The notes beneath the pieces are model-generated. The model saw only the letters and a program-made list of their open reading frames with translations. It did not search any database and was not told the origin of the DNA. This document shows, one piece after another, positions 53,151-64,000 of a stretch of 64,000 bases of DNA. The translations under genes and the position numbers were made by a program. The DNA lies in contig OX597814.1 of assembly GCA_951406725.2 (NCBI GenBank), positions 179,490,001-179,554,000 of the forward strand, read 5' to 3'. Every line of letters begins with the position of its first letter. Position 1 is the stretch's first letter. The stretch comes from Octopus vulgaris (lineage: Eukaryota).

Positions 53151-54201
53151 TTAAGCTGTATTATATTATAGAATAGTTCGTGCTTTATTCTTGCGTTGAG
53201 GAACATTCGATGTGTAGATATTGTATATTCCCTGAGAAAACATTTTTATGGGAGACACTGATAAACGTCAGTTCAACTGAATTTTAGGAATTCCATCACT
53301 TAAATATTAGATAGCGATTAATTTGAACCAGTTAATTATATATAATAATTTTTTTCATTAGCTTTGTGAAAATTAGCAACTACACATTTCACTAATTTTA
53401 GGATATCATTCGAAAAGAGCATATGGAAGCAGTGGCTATTTTGTTTATTTTACCTCCGTTTGCATATGCTCTACGCTATAACATTATACCACCAAAAGTA
53501 ATTAAAAGGAATTTTAAGAAAATATCATTTGCCAAGTCAGACAATGAATTTCAGTAACTGAATATCTGTACCTGCTGACCCGACTACTGAATTCATGATG
53601 GGGCGCCTGCTATGACTAAGGTCAAACCAAAGTATTTTACTACTCATCCTGACATCTGCATACTCAAATATCAAAGTAAGTCCAACATCACCACGCACGT
53701 CTCTATCTCCTTATAACTACCATTCCTTCCTCTCTTTCTATCACTATCTACTCCTCTCCATCAAATGCACACAGAACTGCCCAATACCCCCAATCAAATT
53801 TTTCATTGGTCATAGTTTATAAACAACCTTCAGTTAAACATGAGTTAATGACATATCGTCTCGATAAAATGAAATTAACGTATGAACATGATCTACCCTA
53901 TGTCCATGGACACAACGGACTGCACTTTAATCAATCCCGAAATACGGACTATAATCATAAGAAACATGTGATTTGTGGAAACGCGCGTAACGATGCATTA
54001 AAATATTTATAAATTCCATCCATGAATTATTATTATTATTATTACTATATTTATCCAACATTATATCGGTACAATTTGGTGTGATCCCATAAAGAATAAA
54101 ATTGTATTGCTAGTTAGTATCATTGGGCTATAACCGGCATAATAAAATAAGGGATTTTATATACATATCCAAATGTTTCCCGCAAACGAATTTAAAGGAT
54201 G

Positions 54202-54261
<60 letters not shown>

Positions 54262-54559
54262 ATTTGTGTGTGTTTGTATGTCTGCGCGTACCTGTGCATA
54301 TATCCATCTGTGTGTCTTTGTGTAAACGTATATATTCATATGCGTGTATATAATAAATATAAATTTACGTATGTGTGTATATGTATATTATATACATGCA
54401 TCACACATACATGTAAATATGACTCATCTATGGTGGGAGCAAGATAACGAGGATTTGCTCTCAACGTAAGCATTTGGGGTGTATGATACAGAAAAAAAAG
54501 AAAGAAAAACAAAAGGATCGTTGTAAGCCTGGTCAGCCTGATTTTCCACCAGACCTGCT

Positions 54560-56260
54560 GGAAATCAATTCAGAAAATATCTTCAAAGAGAAATGTTCGG
54601 CACCTCTCTCCATACAACTCAATGATGTGGCACTAAAGTAGCATATGACAATTTCCATCAATATATGCAAGCCATATGCATTGAATTGATTCGAGAGAGA
54701 ACGACCAATATTCGGCAATATAGAATTCCCAGAGACAGGTAAATTGTGAAGAAACAAAGAACAAATGTATTAAATCACATAAATGGACAAATCGATGACA
54801 GCATAAAAGTCACTTAAAAAGACACACTTAGATATTGAGGATGAAATAAAAGACTCCTGTAAATTGAAAAGGAGAGAATAGAAAGGGAAACTAGGATTTG
54901 GTAAATATCGGAAAAATACCCCAAACGATTTCAAGAAAGTGGCAAATGAAATAGCTTTAATGCATCACAAAATGTATATAACCATTGTTTAAAGGAAAAT
55001 ACCTTACCAACTGCATACACCCAATAGGTAAATGAATAACAAAATGAAATATCCACATTATTCAACACTCTCCTGGAACATGTAAATAAATATGCCAGAT
55101 TATTTTTTTTTTACCACGGTAAAACTGCGTAGAGAAGAGGCAGACCTTGATAACATCGATTGATATCAAAGAGGTAAATGAAATGTTGAGAAAAGTATCT
55201 CAAACTTAGAAATAAACCTTAATGTATTTCCGATTATTCTCCTAAAAATGTCTTTTGCAAACCAATGTGAAGGCCGTCAAATCTTCCACGCGAGAGCAAA
55301 ATTTTATACGAAGCAAGAGGCACTGAATATAAGAGAATAATTTGAATAGGTGATAACAATTACAGGCTAATCTCCTAGATATACATGTAACCAATATTAG
55401 TGGACGGATATTAAGAGAAAAGATTATGCATTTTTAGAGTAAAAAGCTTTGCCCAGTGATAGTATATTTCCGTCCATGTAGAAGCTGACCCAACTTCTAG
55501 ACCATAGATCGGAGATGTCATTGCAGTTGTTCAATCAAATGTTGATTTAATAAACACTGATATTGTGAAGATTTTCGAAAATTTTAATCATGGAATATTC
55601 TATCATAGGGTACGTGAGCTCAGCATATTTGGAAAACTACGTGAGAAGCTCTGTGACCCCTTAGAGAAACAGATTGAAACAGGCTACGACAGGCAGATTT
55701 TTCCGTTTTCGTTTTCCAAAAAATTCGCTTATTAAGAGTATAAGCTCAGGATCCTGTCTAGTCGAAATTGTTTTTCATAACAGTTTGAGAGAACCCTTGC
55801 GATATGCGAAGTCATACTCCTATAATAAGCTATGTTGTTGATGCGAAAGGGAGAAAAACAATTGAATCTCGATTGCTTTTAAATAACGAGGAAAGACGTT
55901 AGTGTCATTTTAACACTTGAACTTTAGTATCATTTTAACGATTGAGCTTAAATGTCATTTTAACACTTGAACTTTGTCATTCGAAAACAATACATAATTT
56001 AATGGCAGAAAATTTCATATATTTCTCAATCATTTTTTACACGTGCAGCCTATGTACAAGCCCAAGGCAGGTTTCAATCAAAGACTCATAATTCAGTACA
56101 GAAGCTGATATTTATATCAACTAATATCATATCATGTATTCAGAATATATACTGACAACAACGGGCAGACAATTGACAGGAGAGATTCTGATATCATTTA
56201 TCGTATAACACTTCTCAGAAAAAGATAACAAATCATACAGGTTGAATGCCTTTTCCTCAG
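54560..56260 (+). mobile_element. heavily decayed CR1/L2-like LINE RT region
   Basis: aattacaggctaatctcc (NYRPIS-like) and DIVKIFENFNHGIFYHRVRELSIFGKL (DFAKAFDKVDHG-like). Confidence 0.6.
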
Positions 56261-56675
56261 TCATCTAGACTTTCCACTGAATTATGTCCCTTAGTATGTT
56301 TGTAAAGCTAACTCTGGAACGAGAAGTACGTAGATGCACTATCATGAAAACAGTTTCATAAATACTGCAGACCTATTTGCAAACGTTGAAAATATGAATT
56401 TGTCTCATGTATTGTTATGTCGCACGTTCAGATGCCTTCTACTCAACTCGACACTACTACTCTACTGCTCTCACCGCTACTCAACTGTTCTAGTCTTCCG
56501 CCTCTATATCTACGTATTGGGCTAGTCTACTTCATCGTCTGGGGGCGTCTACATAACATGTATCAAATAAGATAAAAGTATCAATTAAATTATAACTGGA
56601 AAACCAAGGAAAGTTAGGCATAAACCTTTAGCATTTACTGCGATGTTAATTAGCACTCTGAGCACACTTACAAAT

Positions 56676-56909
56676 TACCTATTTCCTTTCTACCTACAAG
56701 GGGATAAACATAGAGGGGACAAACAAGGACAGACAAACGGATTAAGTCGATTATATCGACCCCAGTGTGTAACTGGTACTTATTTATTAATCCCGAAAGG
56801 ATGAAAGGCAAAGTCCACCTCGGCGGAATTTGAACTCAGAACGTAACGGCAGACGAAATACGGCTACGCATTTCGCCCGGCGTGCTAACGTGTCTGCCAG
56901 CTCGCCGCC
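56676..56909 (-). mobile_element. tRNA-derived SINE
   Basis: Near-complete reverse complement of the 36985/60265 family. Confidence 0.9.
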
Positions 56910-58523
56910 TTACATTTACAAACTATTACATTCTTGCACACCTTGAATGGACTGTAAGGACTAAATACTTTTGCCTCGTCAGATTTATTCCGGTGAAAAA
57001 AGAACTAATCCTATTCACATGTTTATAATTTAAACCACCCCTTGGACACCATGCATCAGATGAACCAATTTCCTTGTAAGTAGCACATATCACACCAACG
57101 GTATGAAATTCACACATACAAAACTACCAATCAATGAACAAATCCTACTATAGTATTAATAGTGATGGATCTGTAACAATAGTATTAACTTGCTAAAACT
57201 CGTAAAAAGAAGAAAAAAGTTGGTGCACGTGTACAGTTAAACAAACCACACAACTGGTAGCAATATTTACTGTTATGAAAATAAATATCTGTGTGACTCT
57301 CCCGATTTTGCTCTCATGTGTCGCATGTTATATATACATATTACTTAATGGAGGAAGATAAATGTTATAATCGGACATATTGAATATGAGGTAATAATCT
57401 GTTAAGTAAATTGATTATAAATTCCTTTATAAGAGCCTAAAGACTGAATTAAATATTGCAATTTATGCAATGCTATTATTTATTTATATATGAAATTGAT
57501 ATATTAAGATTCGGCATGTTGAAACGTAAAATTCGGTTAATTCGAATTAAGTTAAGAGTACAGTTACTAGTGGTCTATTTTGGCTGTGTGGTTACTAAAA
57601 TAATATCAGCATAAGACTCTAGAATTTGAAATTTTAGGGCTTTTTATTTCACCCAAACAACACACTATATATTCAAAGTAGCACCCTTTTATATAATGAG
57701 TTCATTCATAGGAATTGTAAGGAAATAATTACAATACATACATTCTTTTAACCTTTCTCGGAGAATGACTGTAAAAGATTTAACAATACAAAGTGTTCAA
57801 TTCTATAAATAAGGTGTTAAATATTCTATCAATTTAAAATAAAACATCAGTTTACCAGTATTTTCTCATCACACAGTCCATAGAGCTATATATTTAAACA
57901 AACTTGTGTGGCCAGATTTTGTAATTAATAAATACTTATGTACGCCATAGCGTTTCTCAGCGACCTGGACAGATTTAAATTAGTCTAGGGCACTCGAAAG
58001 CCTTTGCTAAAAAATCAGAACAGGTGATAATGCATCTTGTTATTTCTTTCCAACACAGAAAACTAAATGTAACCACCCTTTCAGAGTTTTGGACTATTTA
58101 TCAAATGACAAATATCCACACAACCTTCTGTCCAAGAAAGAACAATTTATCGTAAGTGCGTTTTAAATCAGAGTCAACAATTAACCTGTTGACGCTAAGC
58201 CCCTTAGCATACCGTGTATACTAAATTTATCGCTACGAATATACATGTGATCTGTAAAGGCAATATAGTTTTACATTTGTAAACACCAACTGTATTGACA
58301 ATCCTCAATCGCCCTTGAAAACAAATATTTAACTAACATGTTTGAAGAATTGATAAACGTATCGCCGACAAGTTTATTTGAATAGCATGCCGTTCAATGA
58401 AATTCACACGGCATAAGTAACAACAGAAAAATTTTAACCACAGACAAACACAAATACAGAACAGGTTCTAATCGACAGATGCATAACTGTCAGCTACGAA
58501 CACGCATGCATGCATCTTTGTAT

Positions 58524-58582
<59 letters not shown>

Positions 58583-58605
58583 GTAAAATAATATGTGACA
58601 ATTGA

Positions 58606-58673
58606 CCAGATAACTGAAGAGATGGTGGTGTGGATTTCCACCTCGGCATCCGAAACTCGGAGTTTTATCTTGG
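58606..58673 (+). ncRNA. type I hammerhead ribozyme in a ~190-bp (TA)n-flanked element
   Basis: Stem I agataa/ttatct, CTGAAGA (58614-58620), stem II gatg..gtgga-tt-tccac..catc, GAAA (58652-58655), stem III ACTC-g-GAGT, GUU triplet. Confidence 0.65.
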
Positions 58674-58769
58674 CTACCGAATAATTGTAACATATTATTT
58701 TACAGATAAATTCCTCTATTTACATAATATTGAGGTCTCTTTCTTTCTTTTGTCATCTTGCCGTTTTTA

Positions 58770-58809
<40 letters not shown>

Positions 58810-59527
58810 AATAAAATAGAACATATGCATATATATAAACATATATGTACGTACCTACCTCTACATGTACATATACACGCATATATGTGTACAGGACACC
58901 AAAAAGACGTCGAACACATAGAGAGACGAAAAACATAGACACAAACCAAGGAACAAGACAAGCAAAAAAAAGAGAGATACAGGACAATAAGCACAACGAA
59001 AAATCCCCTTCTTCAGTCGCTAAGGTTTCATCTACTAAACGTTTCGAAGGATAAAAGCGAGACGTATACTTCGAAGAAAACTTCCTTCCTATATATATAT
59101 ATATATATAGATATATATATTATGACCATCGTCCATCTTTCTTTTCCACACGTGATCAGCTTCCTTTTCCTTTAGGGCTGTCTTCAAGACTGGACGTATT
59201 CTACCTCTCTCTTCTATCTTTTCTCTATTCAAAAAGATATTTCTGCAGCGTTCGCTATTTTAGCCTCGTTCTGGTCTAACGACCCTCCATGTTTGCTTTC
59301 GTTTGGTTTCCTTGTATGTCGCCAGTGTCCTGTTTTTTTTCCAACTTTGTCGTTCAATGCTCGAAATGAGGAGTAAGATATACAGCCGACGACTGATGAA
59401 GGGTCGTTCTTTATGTTACTTGTCCTGTTTCCATTTGTTTCTCTCGTTGTCTGTGCATTGAACGCATTTTTTTTCGCATTTCATGTTGTTTACTGTTGGT
59501 GACGTCCTGTACCCATAGATGCATATG

Positions 59528-59565
<38 letters not shown>

Positions 59566-59623
59566 TACATATATATATATATATATGTATGTGTGTATGT
59601 ATGTATGTATGTATGTATGTATG

Positions 59624-59668
<45 letters not shown>

Positions 59669-59695
59669 GTGCATATATATATATATACATATATA

Positions 59696-60557
59696 CTAGC
59701 TTAAAAGCCGCCCTATGGGGCCACATTTATACTGCCTCTTGTGGAGGGCTCTTCATTAGGCCTTGGACCCAACAACGACACTTCATACATTGAATAGATA
59801 TTAAGTTTTATCAAACTTCAACAATATTTTTCAAGTGATGAACAATTTTAATCAAAAGAATGATATATTTTGTTGACTTGGAACTGATTGCAAAGCTGCA
59901 TGATAAACAACAGTACCACTACAATCGTCATACACACCCTGCCATACACATCCCATTCAAACTTCTAACGCCACCACCATCAGTGTCTTTGACTTCGCCG
60001 CCTTCCCCTCCATCACCATCACCATCACCACTGTCTTTCACATTGCTTACTCTCATTTCATCCATCACCCTCTCGGCTACCACCACCATCTTCACCACCG
60101 CCTCCGCCTCTGTCAGAACTACAGCTTCCCACTGCCACCATCAACACTACTACTTTTGATAAAGATATCGTCAACTCTCGCTAAATTTCTTTGTCTCTCT
60201 CTCTCCCTCTCTTTCTCTCTCTGTATGCCTACTATTACTCTCATCCGAGCATGAGCCATAGTAGGAGCTGGCAGAATCGTTAGCACGCCGGGCCAAATGC
60301 TTAGCGGTATTTCGTCTGCGTTACGTTGTGAGTCGACTTTGCCTTTTATCCTTTCGGGGTCGATAAATTAAGTACCAGTTACGCACTGGGGTCGATGTAA
60401 TCGACTTAATCCGTTTTGGCTGTCCTTGTTTGTCCTCTCTGTGTTTAGCCCCTTGTGGGTAATAAAGAAATAGGAATGTCAATGAATGGTAAGAGAGGGG
60501 ATCGAAGTGTGACGCACTGACACACAGAAATTACTTTTTCGCATTTATTATATTAGA
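59696..60557 (-). mobile_element. non-autonomous Helitron-like element
   Basis: Minus strand starts TCTAATATAATAAATGCGAAA and ends with a GC hairpin (gccc/gggc) about 10 nt before CTAG|T. No TSD seen. Confidence 0.65.
60265..60474 (+). mobile_element. tRNA-derived SINE nested in the Helitron-like element
   Basis: gagctggcagaatcgttagcacgccgggc...aataaagaaatagg. Confidence 0.9.
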
Positions 60558-62739
60558 CACACACACACACGCACACATACACATGCACACACACACACAA
60601 ACAAACACATATACATGTACTTAGAAATGCGTATAGTTATGTACACATATATGCAAGCAAATTATATATATATATATATCCATGAGTAAAATTTCGAGCA
60701 AGCTATATTTCTTTGCACCTGTTCCTTTTCATTTTCGCTTCCTTATTAACAGCTGAACATTCATTTTCCTATTATAAACACATATTTATTTATATGGAAA
60801 CACGTATGTGTATACACACTTACAAATGCAATAATATATCATACATATTTATACTTGAATATACCCATATATATGGATACGCATTATATCCATTATATTA
60901 CTCGCGTGGGCGCAAGCACACACATACACACACCAACACACACGCACATACATTCACACACAAATACACACGCATGCACGCACACAAAAACACACACACA
61001 CATATACACGAACATTTGTATGCGTGTGCACTTGCGTGGATATGACTCTGCTTTCGGTTAACGCTTTTACATTACTCACTTTAATACATAAACAGTTTTC
61101 ATATAATCATTCTCCAGATGCAAGTGTTAGTTTCGGATCGTTTATCTTAAATGTGAAGTTAACATAGCTGGTGAAATATGAAAAGGAAATAAATGCACAA
61201 TTTTTTGGCGCAGAACATTCATGTTAATGTCTTTGATTTACATATCCTGTTTCAGCAAGGCCATCTGCGTAATACTCGTTAGTGAAGAGAGTAAACCTCT
61301 CAAACCACACCTCTACTTTTAAGAAGTAAATGATGTTTGGTTTTAGTTAGTGGATAATTTAGTTTGGTCTCGACATATTTTCTTCTCTCCTTTTTTCTTT
61401 CTTTTCTCTCTGTCTTTTCTTTTCTTTTTTTTTTACTGTTCATTCTGTAGATGTTGGAAAAGCTTGAAAACCACAATTCGAGTCCTTATGCAGTCAGTAT
61501 TTTTTGTTTTCAGACGAACATAAGATAGAAGATACATGGGTGCTAAAGTAGTTGAATACAATATTCTTTACTTGTTTAACACGGTTAATATTCGATTTCT
61601 GCTATATCCATCCCCACAAATAATCGGTTTATATCCATAATAGTTTTATCTTTAATTTTCTTAAAAGCAGGTTCTGTATGTAAATGAGTCGCTAAGTACT
61701 TTGCTCGAAATACATAACGTATGCTCTAACGTATACATGAATCCTCAACAACACAAGTTACCCATTACACACTCTTTCTTTGTGGTATCTATTTCAATAA
61801 GATACTAGTGAGTATTTTCTTTTGAATCTACTGTAGAATCGGTGAGAAATTTCTTCAAAACACCTAATTGATGGAAATATATTTAAATTAACAATGGCAG
61901 GCTTCTGTTCTTGTACTGAGATTATGGAGTCAGTTTTCATTTCTTACTCAATTTGTTATTCATATGATTGAAAATATATGTATTTTGTTTTTGTGTTAAT
62001 TTAGAGTGGAAAGTAGTTTTTTTTTTTGTTTTTTTTGTAACTATACAAAATGTCTCAGGATGTAAACTTTGGAGAATAAGTGAGTAATCGTGAAGTTTCA
62101 ATGTCAGTAGTTATTGGAAATATATACCTAGCAAGGGAATCATACATGATTAATATTTTATAGAAAAACAGCTGCAAATATTTTTCGCGACAGGAACTCA
62201 TATACTTGAGAGCAAAACATGAAGAAAATCATATATAGCGCTAATATGTAACAAACATTGACAAAACAATGACGAAAGTTTAACTGCGAAAGATTGTTTT
62301 TCTGATAGACTCTATCATTCAAACGAATAGCTTTCTTTGTATAATAAATGATTTTAATTTTCTCATTAGACTGACTGGTATGAAACGAACGGAATTGTTT
62401 ATAAGATACTTTAAATAGGTTTCAATTACTGGAGATGTTTTTAATATAATTTGCAAACATTGCTTTAATAAAACCTGTAATAATCGTACTAAGGGCTGAG
62501 CAATGTATAAACTGAAAAACATAGGCTATTATGAAGTCTTTCGCTTGAGAAATCCCTTCATTTGAGAGTCTTTCATCGGGTATATAAAATTCGATGCTCT
62601 TAACAAATTTGAATGTACTTCACATCAGCCCTTATAGTTGCTCACATTATCTTCTTCAGGTGTTGAGTCTTAGACACAAGCGTGTTGTCATCCAATACTC
62701 AAGATATTGGTATGAAACTCAAGGACATGGTAAACGCCT

Positions 62740-63530
62740 AACTCCCACAGCAAAAACAAATCAGGTGGATGAACATGTGTGGACTCCGTTTGTGAGACAC
62801 GTCTTTCCACAGCTCGTCTCCTTGATGGAGCTACAGTTCTGGTTGAAGGAAAGAGTGAGACTTGGCGTCTGGCACTTAGAATGTCGTCAGACGCTCACAA
62901 CTCCCAACTAAACGGACAATGGGATCGGTGGATGTTCCACTTTAGCAGTATATAGTGGATTAGTAGCGGGGATGAATAACGATATCCTCAAGGAGAAATT
63001 GGGTGCCGATAAGAACGAACTGCCGAGTCTATTCTGGAGGACTTTCCGGTTGAAGACTGTCATTGATAATTTCCAGAAGTCCTTGACCTGGCAGTGCTAC
63101 CAAATGGAACTTTCGCTTTGAGATAAGCGCTGCAAGCACACGCACTGTCAGATAGGTTTGTCCGAAATGGGCGCAGTCCATGAAACATTTCTGCATGCAG
63201 TAGTTTAGTGTCCGAGGATTGCTGAATTATAGAGTTATGCCCAGTAGCTTGTCATCCGGGACAAATCCATCTATCAGCTGTTTCCATAGTGATAATTGCT
63301 CTGCTGCACACCTTTGACCTTGCAGGTAAGTCAGTTTTCCTTTGTCTGGTGGCTACTGGGAAAGAATTTGTCAAGTGGACGAGGTTAAAAAGTATGGTAT
63401 ATTGTCACGGCCCACATCGACTTTTTCAAATTTCACTTGAAAATAAAAGGGAGGATAGACTACGATGTACTGCTACCGTGCGAATTTACAGAAAGATGGG
63501 TGAAAGTGGAACAAAAGGCAAGCATGGATC
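62740..63530 (+). mobile_element. decayed 3' part of an L1/Tx1-like LINE ORF2
   Basis: DNFQKSLTWQCY...ETFLHAVV*CP (zf-RVT-like ET..H...CP) and terminal EFTERWVKV. Confidence 0.7.
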
Positions 63531-63587
63531 TGTTGATTGTTCGATTCTTTAATCATGTAACTATATTTTGTTGGTTTAACATGCAGT

Positions 63588-63735
63588 CCTTCTGAGTTCA
63601 AATTTCGTTGGGTCGACTTTACCTGTCATATTTTCATGGTTGATAAAAGACGTACAAGTTAAGTACTGAGGGCGCTGTAATGAACTTACTCCCTTTCCAG
63701 AATTGGTGGTCTTGTGCCAAAGTTTGAAACCGATA
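63588..63735 (+). mobile_element. decayed SINE fragment
   Basis: ttctgagttcaaatttcg..ggtcgacttt...cttgtgccaaagtttgaaacc. Confidence 0.65.
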
Positions 63736-64000
63736 TTGTTGTTGTTTTTGTTGTTGTCGTTGTTGCTGTTGCTGTTGAACGAACAGTCTTCGTCCCAGAG
63801 CTCGCAAGATGGGAGAAGTCCGAAACGTGGTCCTTTGCTATTCGTAAGACCCGCAGAAGAGAAAGCAGGTTACCCTCCGACACCGAGAGCATCGATGGAT
63901 GGATGAATGCACATCCAGGCTCAGCCGTTTCGTAGGAAGTCGGGGACAAGAAACAGGAAGAAAGAGTGAGAGAAAGTTGGAGCGAAAGAGTACAACAGGG
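63736..64000 (-). mobile_element. SINE of the 33919 family with a longer 3' region and (CAA)n tail; runs off the window
   Basis: gagtgagagaaagttggagcgaaagagtacaacaggg is the reverse complement of about 34070-34106; (TTG)n at 63736-63777. Confidence 0.75.

Noticed and set aside
55900-55982. Short ~25-bp direct repeats (also 25813-25868 and 3555-3595) as a CRISPR-like array
   Set aside because: Only 2-3 adjacent copies with no unique spacers, in a eukaryotic context; these are simple tandem duplications.

Overview
AT-rich, microsatellite-dense eukaryotic DNA with no long intact ORF. The SINE families and the (TA)n/(CA)n/(TAA)n load suggest a coleoid cephalopod, probably Octopus (inferred, not verified). 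Most ORFs in the supplied track are microsatellite artefacts. The window appears to be the intron-rich 5' part of a minus-strand host gene: three small phase-compatible exon candidates lie at 43271-43321, 8504-8551 and 7928-8012, and the product is not recognised. It is packed with decayed transposons: Tc1/mariner fragments, R4/Dong-like LINEs often next to (TAA)n, a Penelope-like RT plus GIY-YIG element, CR1-like and Tx1-like LINE remnants, a Ty3/Gypsy pol remnant, a non-autonomous Helitron-like element and several tRNA-derived SINE families. Two features stand out. First, two ~3 kb decayed intronless reading frames in opposite orientation (about 2150-5170 minus and 30330-33650 plus) are colinear paralogs of an unidentified large protein. 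Second, several sequence-distinct minimal type I hammerhead ribozymes sit in short (TA)n-flanked elements, some with fold-back ends.
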